Origin: a bacterium
Lineage (GTDB): Bacteria; Patescibacteriota; Minisyncoccia; Phycocordibacterales; UBA10002
DNA: 39,829 nt
Direction: 5' to 3'
Assembly: GCA_030649775.1 (NCBI GenBank)
Contig: JAUSFR010000010.1
Span: forward strand, 1 to 39,829
Position numbers and translations under genes: made by a program. Positions 8,431 through 17,345 of the stretch are shown piece by piece (position 1 is the first letter of the stretch; the number at the start of each line of letters is the position of its first letter). Under the pieces are notes generated by a model. That model saw only the letters and a program-made list of their open reading frames with translations. It searched no databases and was not told where the DNA came from.

Positions 8431-8804
8431 AGTTCAAGTATCTCAAATTTGCTCTACCGGAACCTTCTCCCATTTTCGGTCCCACGCTTCCCAAACCCAT
8501 TATCCCGATTGAACTGACGTTTGGGGACAAGCGAGTCCGATACGGAGCGCTGGTAGACTCCGGAGCTGATTTTTGTATGGTGGACGGAGCCATCGGAGAA
8601 TTTTTAGGTATAGATGTTCAGGCAGGCGTACATGAAGTGTTTGGTGGTGTTGAGGAAAGTAAAGGACTGGAGGTGTTCTTTCACACGCTTACTCTGGGTG
8701 TTGGAGGTCTTGAATACGAAACCGCTGTCGGTTTTTCTACGATATCGCAAACCATGGCTTCTGTGTCTTGGGGCAGTATGGGTTCTTTGACCGATTTATC
8801 GTGA
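8427..8804 (+). CDS. retropepsin-like aspartic protease, frame-disrupted (conserved C-terminus continues in the -1 frame to 8851)
   Basis: ALVDSGADFCMVD, with the catalytic DSGA motif (D at 8556-8558). Frame 0 ends in non-homologous residues (..SQTMASVSWGSMGSLTDLS*). The -1 frame, open from 8714, reads ..FFYDIANHGFCVLGQYGFFDRFIVKFDLVKGEIELKQRK*, which is the canonical ..LG..gFf..F.v.fD.. end of this fold. That frame stops at 8849-8851. Confidence 0.7.
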   Translation: MKFKYLKFALPEPSPIFGPTLPKPIIPIELTFGDKRVRYGALVDSGADFCMVDGAIGEFLGIDVQAGVHEVFGGVEESKGLEVFFHTLTLGVGGLEYETAVGFSTISQTMASVSWGSMGSLTDLS

Positions 8805-8850
8805 AGTTCGATTTAGTAAAAGGGGAAATTGAACTTAAGCAAAGGAAGTA

Positions 8851-9318
8851 ATGACTGTTGCAGACATCAAAATCCTCGCTCAGCAAATTGTCGCAGAAGC
8901 GCGCAAGCTAAGTGTTGCACATACAAACGAAGGTGCCGCGCCTGTTAGCTATGCATGCATTTTTGCGCATAGTCAGTCGGAATATCAGGAGATGGTGAAG
9001 GTGGTCGGTGAACTTGGTCCGGTTGTCAAAGAGACACCAATGGGACCTATTTTTCATATCACTCCGCTTACTACCGAATCGGGGGTATTCACGCTACTCA
9101 AGGTTCGTCGGCCCGAGGATCGACGTCCACAACTAGGGTATGCGGACTTCACTGTTTCCAACTACGAGCGGTTCAAGGGGACGTATCTCGGAACGACGGA
9201 CTTCAGGCTTATTACTCGCCCGCAGTATGAAATGGTTGAACTCTCGGATAAAGCCTTCAACGTCTTAGCGTATTACGCTTTCCCGTCGCTTCCCGAGGTA
9301 TTAAATACTAAGGGGTAA
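8851..9318 (+). CDS. hypothetical protein (155 aa)
   Basis: The ATG at 8851 shares its A with the TAA of the corrected protease frame, and AAGGAAG lies upstream. No motif recognised. Confidence 0.5.
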   Translation: MTVADIKILAQQIVAEARKLSVAHTNEGAAPVSYACIFAHSQSEYQEMVKVVGELGPVVKETPMGPIFHITPLTTESGVFTLLKVRRPEDRRPQLGYADFTVSNYERFKGTYLGTTDFRLITRPQYEMVELSDKAFNVLAYYAFPSLPEVLNTKG

Positions 9319-9324
9319 CCCTTT

Positions 9325-9353
9325 TTGCATTTTTGGCGAGAGTGCGGTATTCT
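9325..9353 (+). promoter_or_regulatory. candidate promoter of fusA
   Basis: TTGCAT-17-TATTCT. Confidence 0.4.
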
Positions 9354-9420
9354 GCAGGGACGCTTTTGGGCGTTTTTATTTTTACCTTAATTCATACTTC
9401 TTACTTCATAATTCATTTCT

Positions 9421-11574
9421 ATGCTCCGCGACTACCCCCTAGAGCGAGTCCGAAATTTCGGCATCATCGCCCACATTGACGCCGGTAAAACCACGACCAG
9501 TGAGCGCATCCTTTTCTATACCGGTATGATTCACAAAATCGGCGAGGTACACGAAGGCGAGACCGTGACCGATTGGATGGAGCAGGAGCGAGAACGCGGT
9601 ATCACCATCACCGCCGCAGCCATCACCTGTTTTTGGAATCCTACGTATATGCCGAAGACGGACGTGTCGCTGAAGCATCGTTTCAATATTATTGACACCC
9701 CGGGACACATCGACTTTACCGTAGAGGTGAAGCGTTCACTTCGTGTACTTGACGGCGCGGTCGTCGTCTTTGACGGCGTGGCCGGAGTGGAGCCACAGTC
9801 GGAGACCAACTGGCGCTATGCCGACGAAGGAGAGGTGCCTCGCATCTGTTTCATCAACAAGCTTGACCGTATGGGCGCGTCGTTTGAGAAATCGTATGCC
9901 TCTATTCTTGACCGACTTAATCGGAGCGCCGTTCGCATGCAGATTCCTGTCGGACTTGAGGAAAACTTTACCTCGGTTGTAGACCTCTTGAAGATGAAGG
10001 CATACGACTTCACCGGTGAGAAGGGTATTGAGGTGAATGAGAAAGAAATCCCGGCAGACTATGTGGAGGAGGCAAAAAAATATCGCGCTATGCTCGTGGA
10101 GAAAATCGTGGAGCAGGACGACGCGCTGATGAGCCAGTACCTGGAAGGGAAAGAGCCTTCAGTCGAGGTGCTCAAAGCGACACTTCGCAAGGCGGTTATC
10201 GCGAACAAAATCTTTCCAGTCTTTTGCGGTTCAGCTCTTAAGAACAAGGGCGTGCAACTCGTGCTTGATGCGGTTATTGACTACCTCCCGTCTCCGCTTG
10301 ATATGCCAGCGACGCGCGCCATTGAAGTGAAGAGCGGACTTCCGGTGGAACGTCACGCTTCGGACGAAGAGCCGTTTTCCGCGCTGGTGTTCAAGCTCCA
10401 GACTGACCCGTTCGTGGGACAGCTCGCCTTCTTCCGTGTGTATTCAGGGTCCGTGGAAGCCGGTTCATACGTCTACAACTCAAGCACCGGCAGTCGTGAA
10501 CGGCTTTCTCGTATTGTTCGTCTTCAGGCCGACAAACGTGAGGAGGTGAAGCAAGTGTTTGCCGGGGAAATCGCCGCCGCGGTGGGTTTGAAGGAGGCTC
10601 GTACGTCTCACACACTCTGTGACGAGGCGAACCCCGTCGTGCTTGAAGCGATTAAGTTTGCTGACCCGGTCATCTCGCTTCGCATTGAACCCAAGACCAA
10701 AGCCGACCAAGAAAAGATGGGCTTTGCTCTGAAGCGTCTCGCGGATGAAGACCCGACCTTCCGTATTAAGAGTGACCAGGAGACAGGGGAGACGGTCATC
10801 ATGGGTATGGGTGAACTTCAGCTTGAAATTATGGTGGACCGAATGAAACGCGAGTTTTCCGTGGAGGCGAACGTAGGGAAGCCACAGGTGGCATACCGTG
10901 AGACCATTCAGGGAGAGGCGGAGGCCGAGCACAAGCATATCAAGCAGACCGGAGGACGCGGTCAATACGGCCACGTCAAAGTGGTGGTAAGGCCAATGAA
11001 ACCGATTGACCCCGAGGCTAAGGTCAAGAAGAACGTCTCACGCTACGACCATTTTGAATTTATTGATTCTATTAAAGGTGGCGTTATTCCGATTGAGTTT
11101 ATTCCCGCCGTTGAAAAGGGCGTGAAAGAAGGTCTTGAGCGCGGTGTCGTGGCAGGCTTCACTCTTGTGAATGTATCCGTAGAGCTTATCTTCGGTTCGT
11201 CGCACGATGTGGACTCGTCCGAGATTGCCTTCAAGATTGCCGGTTCGCAGGCGGTGCAGGATGCGTGTAAGCGTGCACGGCCCGTCATCCTTGAACCTAT
11301 CATGAAGGTGGAAGTGGTGACCCCGGACAAATTCCTCGGTGATGTCACTGGACACCTCGCTTCCAAACGAGGACAGGTGGAAAATGTCAGCGAACGAGGA
11401 CTCAACAAAGTGGTTGATGCCAAGTGCCCGCTTGCCGAAATGTTCGGCTATATTACCACCCTCCGCTCAATGTCCGAAGGACGAGCCAGCTTTACGATGG
11501 AATTTGACCATTACGAGGCCGTGCCCCCGAATGTCGCGCAAACCATCATTGAGGCGAGAGGAATGGCGAAGTAA
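9421..11574 (+). CDS. fusA: elongation factor G
   Basis: Carries the AHIDAGKTT, DTPGHIDF and NKLDR GTPase motifs. It is 717 aa and sits in the position expected in the str operon. Confidence 0.97.
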   Translation: MLRDYPLERVRNFGIIAHIDAGKTTTSERILFYTGMIHKIGEVHEGETVTDWMEQERERGITITAAAITCFWNPTYMPKTDVSLKHRFNIIDTPGHIDFTVEVKRSLRVLDGAVVVFDGVAGVEPQSETNWRYADEGEVPRICFINKLDRMGASFEKSYASILDRLNRSAVRMQIPVGLEENFTSVVDLLKMKAYDFTGEKGIEVNEKEIPADYVEEAKKYRAMLVEKIVEQDDALMSQYLEGKEPSVEVLKATLRKAVIANKIFPVFCGSALKNKGVQLVLDAVIDYLPSPLDMPATRAIEVKSGLPVERHASDEEPFSALVFKLQTDPFVGQLAFFRVYSGSVEAGSYVYNSSTGSRERLSRIVRLQADKREEVKQVFAGEIAAAVGLKEARTSHTLCDEANPVVLEAIKFADPVISLRIEPKTKADQEKMGFALKRLADEDPTFRIKSDQETGETVIMGMGELQLEIMVDRMKREFSVEANVGKPQVAYRETIQGEAEAEHKHIKQTGGRGQYGHVKVVVRPMKPIDPEAKVKKNVSRYDHFEFIDSIKGGVIPIEFIPAVEKGVKEGLERGVVAGFTLVNVSVELIFGSSHDVDSSEIAFKIAGSQAVQDACKRARPVILEPIMKVEVVTPDKFLGDVTGHLASKRGQVENVSERGLNKVVDAKCPLAEMFGYITTLRSMSEGRASFTMEFDHYEAVPPNVAQTIIEARGMAK

Positions 11575-11583
11575 AAGGGGTGA

Positions 11584-11612
11584 TTGCATGTTTCAGCCTT
11601 TTTTGTTAGGAT
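11584..11612 (+). promoter_or_regulatory. candidate promoter of tuf
   Basis: TTGCAT-17-TAGGAT, with TGT immediately upstream of the -10. Confidence 0.45.
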
Positions 11613-11664
11613 ACTCGCACATGCGTTTCGCGTTTTTAAGCGCGTATTTATGAGTTAATCGTAT

Positions 11665-11800
11665 AAATCTCGAAGCTCGAAGCACGAAATACGAAACAAT
11701 ATCTAAATTCCAAGTTCAAGATTGTAAACGGAAGAGTCTGTTTGAGTTTTGGGGTTTGGAACTTGTTTCGAATTTCGATATTTGGATTTCGGATTTACAT
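11665..11800 (+). repeat. family B-like variant hairpin (fusA-tuf)
   Basis: TCTCGAAGCTCGAAGCACGAAATACGAAACAA .. TTGTTTCGAATTTCGATATTTGGATTTCGG. CGAAATACGAAACAA/TTGTTTCGAATTTCG pair at 14 of 15 positions. Confidence 0.75.
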
Positions 11801-11807
11801 AAAAAAT

Positions 11808-13004
11808 ATGGCAGAAGAATTTAAGAGAGACAAACCGCACGTCAACGTCGGGACCATTGGTCACGTTGACCACGGCAAGACTACCCTCACTGCGGCAATC
11901 ACCGCAGTGCAAGCAAAGAAGGGATTGGCGAAGCCCATCTCCTATGACCAGGTAGCGAAGGCCTCCGAAAAGGAAGGTCGCCGTGACCCGTCAAAAATTA
12001 TCACCATTGCGATTTCTCACGTTGAGTATTCAACCGAGGCGCGCCACTATGCGCACGTTGACTGTCCCGGACACGCCGACTACGTGAAGAACATGATTAC
12101 CGGTGCCGCTCAAATGGACGGTGCGATTCTTGTCGTATCCGCTGTTGATGGTCCGATGCCTCAAACGCGAGAACACATTCTCCTCGCGAAACAAGTCGGT
12201 GTACCGAAGATTGTCGTCTTCCTCAACAAAGTTGACCTCGTGCAGGACAAAGACCTTCTTGACCTCGTTGAAGAGGAAATCCGAGAGTTGCTTACGAAGT
12301 ACGGTTTTGACGGCAAAGAGGCTCCGATTATTAAGGGTTCCGCTTTGAAGGGATTGGAGGGCGACGCCGAAGGCGTGAAGAGCATTGAAGCGCTCCTCGC
12401 CGCACTTGACTCTTACATCCCGATTCCCGTACGCGAAATTGACAAGCCGTTTCTTATGCCGATTGAAGACATCTTCTCCATTGAAGGACGAGGGACCGTC
12501 GTGACCGGTCGTATTGAACGCGGAAAGGTAAAGGTGGGTGAAGAAGTTGAAATCATTGGCCTCAAGCCCACGGTTAAGACGACCATCACCGGTATTGAAA
12601 TGTTCAACAAGAACCTCCAGGAAGGTATGGCCGGTGACAACGCCGGAGTACTCCTCCGAGGTACGAAGAAAGAAGTCGTGCACCGCGGTCAGGTTATCGC
12701 GAAGCCAGGCACGACACTTCCTCACACCGATTTTGAGTCTGAAGTGTACATCTTGAAGAAGGAGGAAGGAGGCCGTCACACGCCATTCTTCGCCGGCTAC
12801 AAGCCTCAGTTCTACATCCGCACCACCGACGTGACCGGAGAAGTGACTCTCCCCGAGAAAACCGAAATGGTTATGCCCGGAGACACCATCCAGTTCAAAG
12901 TGAAGCTTGTCGCTCCGGTCGCGCTTGAAGAGAAGATGCGCTTTGCTATCCGTGAAGGAGGCAAGACGGTAGGCGCGGGAGTGGTCACGAAGATAGTCGC
13001 ATAA
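11808..13004 (+). CDS. tuf: elongation factor Tu
   Basis: The ORF-track start at 11742 reads through the spacer hairpin. The conserved start is ATG 11808: [35 protein letters not shown] and NKVD motifs are present. Confidence 0.97.
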   Translation: MAEEFKRDKPHVNVGTIGHVDHGKTTLTAAITAVQAKKGLAKPISYDQVAKASEKEGRRDPSKIITIAISHVEYSTEARHYAHVDCPGHADYVKNMITGAAQMDGAILVVSAVDGPMPQTREHILLAKQVGVPKIVVFLNKVDLVQDKDLLDLVEEEIRELLTKYGFDGKEAPIIKGSALKGLEGDAEGVKSIEALLAALDSYIPIPVREIDKPFLMPIEDIFSIEGRGTVVTGRIERGKVKVGEEVEIIGLKPTVKTTITGIEMFNKNLQEGMAGDNAGVLLRGTKKEVVHRGQVIAKPGTTLPHTDFESEVYILKKEEGGRHTPFFAGYKPQFYIRTTDVTGEVTLPEKTEMVMPGDTIQFKVKLVAPVALEEKMRFAIREGGKTVGAGVVTKIVA

Positions 13005-13113
13005 CACAACGCGAATGACGCGAATACCGAACGAATGACGCGAATAAAATAGGCACAACTTCTATTTTATTTGTATATTCGAGTCTTCCATTCGTAGATT
13101 CGCATTGAGTACT
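13005..13113 (+). repeat. family C spacer hairpin (tuf-rpsJ)
   Basis: CACAACGCGAATGACGCGAATACCGAACGAATGACGCGAATAAAATAG .. CTATTTTATTTGTATATTCGAGTCTTCCATTCGTAGATTCGCATTGAG. Confidence 0.85.
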
Positions 13114-13500
13114 ATGGTAACCAAATCAACAACTGAAAAAGAGACAAAGCCGAAGCGAGCACCCCGCGCGAAGAAAGCCGTGAAGGCTGACGCGGTGCCG
13201 AAACTTCGCATCCGTGTCCGTGCCTACGAGCACAAGATATTGGATGCGTCCATCAAGCAGATTCTTGACGTTGCCTTTCGCTTTGATGCGGTGGTGCAGG
13301 GTCCGATTCCGCTCCCGACCGAAATCAAGAAGTACACGGTCAACCGCTCGTCCTTCATCTACAAAAACTCGCGAGAACAGTTTGAGATGCGGGTACACAA
13401 GCGTTTGATTGATATCGTCAATCCCACCCCGAAACTCATTGAAGCGCTCACCAATCTTTCGCTCCCTTCGGGAGTTACGATTGATGTAAAGATGCTTTAG
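13114..13500 (+). CDS. rpsJ: 30S ribosomal protein S10 with Lys-rich N-terminal extension
   Basis: [53 protein letters not shown] at 13114 (the track uses TTG 13105). About 30 extra N-terminal residues. Confidence 0.9.
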   Translation: MVTKSTTEKETKPKRAPRAKKAVKADAVPKLRIRVRAYEHKILDASIKQILDVAFRFDAVVQGPIPLPTEIKKYTVNRSSFIYKNSREQFEMRVHKRLIDIVNPTPKLIEALTNLSLPSGVTIDVKML

Positions 13501-13508
13501 AAAAAAGA

Positions 13509-13536
13509 GCCCCGACGAAAGTCGGGGCCCTTTTTC
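13509..13536 (+). terminator. intrinsic terminator between rpsJ and rplC
   Basis: GCCCCGAC-GAAA-GTCGGGGC followed by CCTTTTTC. Confidence 0.8.
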
Positions 13537-13563
13537 ATTTCCAGGTACTCCACGCACCATTCT

Positions 13564-13592
13564 TTGACTTTTTTCCTGTCCTCTGATAGTCT
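13564..13592 (+). promoter_or_regulatory. candidate promoter of rplC-rplB
   Basis: TTGACT-17-TAGTCT, just downstream of the rpsJ terminator. Confidence 0.4.
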
Positions 13593-13666
13593 TTCGCCAC
13601 TGCTACAGAATGGATGTTATGGGTGAAGCAGGAACCGCTAAGCCATAGGCTTATGTTCACAAAAGT

Positions 13667-14281
13667 ATGAAATTTCTCTTAGGCACAAAGGTGAATATGA
13701 CGCAGGTATGGGACGAGCGAGGAAACGCCCGTCCGGTTACGATTGTCTCGGTGACGCCAAACGTGGTGACCCACCTCCGCACCGTAGAGAAGGACGGCTA
13801 CAGCGCGGTTCAGCTCGGCTACGGCACCCGCAAGGCGAAGAACGTTAATAAGGCAACGAAGGGTCATGTAAAGGAGCTCGGTAGTTTCGCGGGTCTTCGC
13901 GAGTGGCGACTTGATGTTCCGGCCACACAGGCGGTTGGCGACAAAATCGGTGTAGACATTTTTGAGAAAGGGGAGTTCGTCACCGTGAGCGGTATTTCAA
14001 AAGGACGAGGATTTCAGGGTGCGGTGAAACGACATGGATTTCATGGAGGGAGCCGAACGCACGGTCAGAAACACAGCGAACGCGAGCCGGGAGCCATCGG
14101 TGGAGCTGCGCGTGCCGGAGGTCGTGTAGCCAAGGGTATGCGTATGGCCGGCCGAATGGGAGGCGACCGCGTAACGGTCACGAACCTCAAGGTGGTAGAT
14201 ATCATTCCCGAGGAAAACCTCATTTTGATTGAAGGCGCGGTACCGGGGAGGAGAGGAACGGTAGTAGAAATCAAAGCATAA
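13667..14281 (+). CDS. rplC: 50S ribosomal protein L3
   Basis: KVNMTQVWDERGNARPVTIV..GISKGRGFQGAVKRHGFHGG..THG. Confidence 0.95.
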   Translation: MKFLLGTKVNMTQVWDERGNARPVTIVSVTPNVVTHLRTVEKDGYSAVQLGYGTRKAKNVNKATKGHVKELGSFAGLREWRLDVPATQAVGDKIGVDIFEKGEFVTVSGISKGRGFQGAVKRHGFHGGSRTHGQKHSEREPGAIGGAARAGGRVAKGMRMAGRMGGDRVTVTNLKVVDIIPEENLILIEGAVPGRRGTVVEIKA

Positions 14282-14384
14282 GAAAGCCAGAAGCACGAAG
14301 CTCGAAGAACTGTTACAGTCAGTCTTAAGAAATTAAAGCTTAAAAATTCTTCGAACTTAGAGCTTAGAACTTCGAACTTACACT
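14282..14384 (+). repeat. family B spacer hairpin (rplC-rplD)
   Basis: CAGAAGCACGAAGCTCGAAGAA .. TTCTTCGAACTTAGAGCTTAGAACTTCGAACTT. Confidence 0.85.
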
Positions 14385-15044
14385 ATGGAATCAGTCATTT
14401 ACAACCAAGACGGCAAGGAAAAAGGGAAGATAGCACTTCCCGAGAGCGTGTTTGGCGTGAGCTGGAACCCCGACATTGTGCATCAGGTGTCCCAGTCAAT
14501 GCTCTCCAATCGCCGTCAGGGAAGCGCCCACAGCAAAAACCGTGGAGAGGTGTCCGGTGGTGGCAAGAAGCCGTGGAAACAGAAAGGTACTGGACGAGCA
14601 CGCCACGGGTCTTCACGCTCCCCGATTTGGGTGGGTGGAGGTGTCGCGCACGGACCGCGCAATGACCGCAATTATGACCGCAAAATCAACCGAGAGCTCA
14701 AAAAGAAGGCGCTCTATATCGCGCTTTCAAAGAAGCTCAAGGAAGGAGAGATACTTCTCCTGAGCGGTATCGTGATGCCCGAGATTAAGACGAAGGACGC
14801 AAAAGAGGTGCTCGGCAATCTCGCGAAGATAAAGGGGTACGCGTCTATCGGGAAAAGCCGAAACGCGGCGCATATCATTCTTCCCGGGAAGGACAAGCAC
14901 GTGGAGAAGAGCTTCCAAAACTTCGGCAATCTTTCCGTTGGAGAGGCGCGAAACCTTAACCTGCTTGATGTGCTGACGTACAAGTATCTGGTCGTCGTAA
15001 ATCCGGAAGAGAGTTTGAAGCTTCTTACTCCTAAAACCTCGTAA
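14385..15044 (+). CDS. rplD: 50S ribosomal protein L4
   Basis: [34 protein letters not shown]. Confidence 0.95.
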   Translation: MESVIYNQDGKEKGKIALPESVFGVSWNPDIVHQVSQSMLSNRRQGSAHSKNRGEVSGGGKKPWKQKGTGRARHGSSRSPIWVGGGVAHGPRNDRNYDRKINRELKKKALYIALSKKLKEGEILLLSGIVMPEIKTKDAKEVLGNLAKIKGYASIGKSRNAAHIILPGKDKHVEKSFQNFGNLSVGEARNLNLLDVLTYKYLVVVNPEESLKLLTPKTS

Positions 15045-15143
15045 GAACAGGCGCTAGGCTTTAGGCACTAGGCACTAGGAAAGAAAATCTTAGTGGCCGG
15101 AGTACCTAGAGCCTAGAGCCTCGTTTCCTAGAGCCTAGACACT
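15045..15143 (+). repeat. family A spacer hairpin (rplD-rplW)
   Basis: Left arm AGGCGCTAGGCTTTAGGCACTAGGCACTAGG. Loop core GAAAGAAAATCTTAGTGGCCGGAGTA. Right arm CCTAGAGCCTAGAGCC..CCTAGAGCCTAG, ending 5 nt before the ATG. Confidence 0.85.
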
Positions 15144-15527
15144 ATGTCATTACTCAACTTAGGAAAAAAGAATACCGCGGTTAAGCCGGCTCCCAAAAAG
15201 GAGCGGGCCGGGAAGGTTGTCGCCACTCTAGGAGTGAAGCATGTAAGCGGGAAGATGAATCCTGGCGTGCTCGTGCGACCGCATATCACCGAGAAGGCTG
15301 CAGCCTCCGCCGAAAAGGGAGTATACGTCTTTAACGTATCCTTACACGCGAACAAGCTTGAAATCGCACGGGCCGTTGCTCTGTTTTACAAAGTGAACCC
15401 GATTAAAGTTACGATTGTGGCTATCCCCAAAAAGCGCATTACCGTCAAAGGTCGCCCAGGGTTCCGAAAGGGAGGCAAGAAGGCGTACGTCTTTTTGAAG
15501 AAGGGAGAGAAGATAGAGTTAATGTAG
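15144..15527 (+). CDS. rplW: 50S ribosomal protein L23 with N-terminal extension
   Basis: VRPHITEKAA..GVYVFNVSLHANKLEIARAV..YKVNPIKV.. followed by KKAYV.LKKGEKIE. Confidence 0.9.
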   Translation: MSLLNLGKKNTAVKPAPKKERAGKVVATLGVKHVSGKMNPGVLVRPHITEKAAASAEKGVYVFNVSLHANKLEIARAVALFYKVNPIKVTIVAIPKKRITVKGRPGFRKGGKKAYVFLKKGEKIELM

Positions 15528-15612
15528 GCACTAGGTTTTAGGCGCTAGGCACTAGGGAAGACAAGTCTTCTCGGTCCTAGGGCCTAGAGCCTTCTGCCCT
15601 AGAGCCTAGATT
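15528..15612 (+). repeat. family A spacer hairpin (rplW-rplB)
   Basis: GCACTAGGTTTTAGGCGCTAGGCACTAGGG .. CCTAGGGCCTAGAGCC..CCCTAGAGCCTAG. Confidence 0.85.
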
Positions 15613-16470
15613 ATGAAAACCTACAAACCAACCTCCAAATCCCGCCGAAGCATGACCGGTATCAATTACCGAGATTTCTTGACGACGAACACTCCGCACA
15701 AGGCACTCGTTTCGGGAGGGAAGCGTGACGCGGGACGCAACAACTACGGACGCATTACCGTTCGTCACCAAGGAGGCGGACACAAGCGTTCGTTTCGTGA
15801 TGTTGATTTTGTCTACAACAAGTTTGATATTCCCGCCAAGATTGCGAGTGTTGAGTACGACCCGAATCGTAGTGGGTTTATTGGACTCGCGGTCTATGCC
15901 GACGGCGAGAAGCGCTATGTGCTTCTTCCCCAAAGTGTAAAGGTGGGACACACCTTTTTGGTATCCGAAAAAGCCCCGGTGCTTCCCGCGAACCGTTTAC
16001 CGCTCCGCGCCATTCCCGTTGATACCTTCGTCTACAATGTAGCCTTGAAGCCAAACGGTCCCGGTCTTATCGCCCGCTCCGCGGGAAACTCGGCCAAGGT
16101 TAAGGCGCAGGAAGGGAACTATACCTTCATTGAACTTCCTTCAACCGAGGTACGCAAAGTCATCAATACCGCGTGGGCAACCATTGGTATGGTCTCCAAC
16201 GAAGAAAACCACCTCGTCTCTATCGGCAAGGCAGGACGCTCCCGCTGGCTCGGTATTCGCCCAACCGTTCGTGGTGGTGCGCAGAACCCGCCCGACCACC
16301 CGTATGGTGGAGGTGAAGGACGACAAGGTAGAGGACTGCGTCGTGCGAAGACTCGTTGGGGTAAGCCGTCAGGCAAGGGACAGAAGACCCGCACGCCGAA
16401 GAAATACTCAAATGTGTTTATTATCTCTCGCCGAAAAGTCGGCAGTAAACGCGGAACAGCACTCCACTAA
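15613..16470 (+). CDS. rplB: 50S ribosomal protein L2
   Basis: GRNNYGRITVRHQGGGHKRSFR.VDF, and GGAQNPPDHPYGGGEGR. Confidence 0.97.
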   Translation: MKTYKPTSKSRRSMTGINYRDFLTTNTPHKALVSGGKRDAGRNNYGRITVRHQGGGHKRSFRDVDFVYNKFDIPAKIASVEYDPNRSGFIGLAVYADGEKRYVLLPQSVKVGHTFLVSEKAPVLPANRLPLRAIPVDTFVYNVALKPNGPGLIARSAGNSAKVKAQEGNYTFIELPSTEVRKVINTAWATIGMVSNEENHLVSIGKAGRSRWLGIRPTVRGGAQNPPDHPYGGGEGRQGRGLRRAKTRWGKPSGKGQKTRTPKKYSNVFIISRRKVGSKRGTALH

Positions 16471-16471
16471 C

Positions 16472-16506
16472 AAAAAAAAGCCACCCCGAAGATTGGGGTG
16501 GCTTTT
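16472..16506. terminator. bidirectional terminator between rplB (+) and the small membrane gene (-)
   Basis: AAAAAAAA-GCCACCCC-GAAGATT-GGGGTGGC-TTTT. Confidence 0.8.
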
Positions 16507-16515
16507 GCGTTATTG

Positions 16516-16737
16516 TTACATAGACATAGATAGTTTTCTTGCTACCAAGCCCCCTCCAAGAAACGTCCAGATGATGCCGAAGGCGAGGGCAAGTTCCACG
16601 GGATTTCTCAAGCTGTCCGACCATTCAGGAGGGAAGAGCTCTGGAAGTACATACACCGTGACAAGGAGGACAAACCCCAGACTACCCGCTCCAAACGCAA
16701 GAAAACTTAAGAACCGAAGGAAGTCATTTGATTTCAT
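16516..16737 (-). CDS. small two-helix membrane protein (73 aa), antisense insert between rplB and rpsS
   Basis: ORF 16516-16791. The ATG at 16737 is preceded by AAGGGA 6 nt upstream, giving MKSNDFLRFLSFLAFGAGSLGFVLLVTVYVL..ALAFGIIWTFLGGGLVA. It has its own TTGACG-17-TAGGAT promoter (16760-16788, minus) and the bidirectional terminator at 16472-16506. Confidence 0.6.
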   Translation of the reverse strand: MKSNDFLRFLSFLAFGAGSLGFVLLVTVYVLPELFPPEWSDSLRNPVELALAFGIIWTFLGGGLVARKLSMSM

Positions 16738-16759
16738 AGTTATTCCCTTAACTCGCGGT

Positions 16760-16788
16760 ATCCTAGGCGATAACCATGACGGCGTCAA
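16760..16788 (-). promoter_or_regulatory. candidate promoter of the small antisense membrane gene
   Basis: On the minus strand: TTGACG-17-TAGGAT, ~23 nt upstream of the ATG at 16737. Confidence 0.5.
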
Positions 16789-16795
16789 CACGCGA

Positions 16796-16825
16796 TTGAC
16801 TTTTTACCCTTATTCCTGTTAGTAT
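16796..16825 (+). promoter_or_regulatory. candidate promoter of rpsS and downstream genes
   Basis: TTGACT-18-TAGTAT (TGT upstream of the -10). It is back-to-back with the minus promoter, with the two -35 boxes 7 nt apart. Confidence 0.5.
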
Positions 16826-16862
16826 GCGGGGACGCCAATCGGCGGTTTTTTACTGAAAACGC

Positions 16863-16978
16863 AAGGAGCGAAGCGACTATGCTTTTCGTAACCCCGTGGA
16901 ATATTCCTGCTTTGCAGGAATCCCGCCAAGGGCGGGATATTCCACAGGGTGGCGATTTCTATAGTCGCTCCGCTCCTT
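16863..16978 (+). promoter_or_regulatory. structured leader motif copy S (rpsS leader), enclosed by a 17/18-bp outer stem
   Basis: Outer stem: AAGGAGCGAAGCGACTAT (16863-80) / ATAGTCGCTCCGCTCCTT (16961-78). Inside: ACCCC-GTGGAATAT (16891-904) / ATATTCCAC-A-GGG (16937-49). Two inner hairpins follow, TTCCTGC-TTT-GCAGGAA and CCCGCC-AAG-GGCGGG. The tail is TGGCGATTT. GTGGC-GATTT pairs with AAATC(A)GCCAC (16981-91), which abuts the ATG. Confidence 0.6.
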
Positions 16979-16991
16979 ACAAATCAGCCAC

Positions 16992-17336
16992 ATGACCCGA
17001 TCACTCAAGAAAGGACCCTATATAGACCCGCGCGTGCTGAAGAAGCTCGTCGGGAAGCGACCGGAATCGGCCGCTCCTATTAAGACCTGGTCGCGCGCCT
17101 GCGTGATTACGCCGGAAATGCTCGGCTTCAAGTTTTTGGTACACAACGGCAAGGACTTTCCCGAAGTGCTTGTGAACGAAGATATGGTGGGCCATCGCTT
17201 GGGTGAATTCTCGCTGACCCGCAAGTTCGTGAAGCACGGAGGTAAGATGCAGAAAGAGCTTGAAATGAAGAAGAAAGAGGCCGAAATCGCCGCGACAGCA
17301 ACTGCCAAAACGGCAGCGACGGAAGCAAAGAAATAA
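16992..17336 (+). CDS. rpsS: 30S ribosomal protein S19 with Lys/Ala-rich C-terminal tail
   Basis: [53 protein letters not shown]. Confidence 0.95.
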   Translation: MTRSLKKGPYIDPRVLKKLVGKRPESAAPIKTWSRACVITPEMLGFKFLVHNGKDFPEVLVNEDMVGHRLGEFSLTRKFVKHGGKMQKELEMKKKEAEIAATATAKTAATEAKK

Positions 17337-17345
17337 TGGCTCGGC

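Noticed and set aside
12030-13058. 342-aa ORF on the minus strand across tuf
   Set aside because: It lies entirely antisense to a near-perfect EF-Tu gene, has no recognisable motif, and is a typical shadow ORF.
16130-16822. 230-aa plus-strand ORF spanning the rplB 3' end, the terminator and the antisense gene
   Set aside because: It is out of frame with L2, crosses a strong bidirectional terminator, and has an Arg/Pro-rich nonsense composition.
16832-16851. Possible attenuator CGCC-AATC-GGCG plus T6 just after the rpsS promoter
   Set aside because: The stem is only 4 bp, too weak to call. It is noted as a possibility only.
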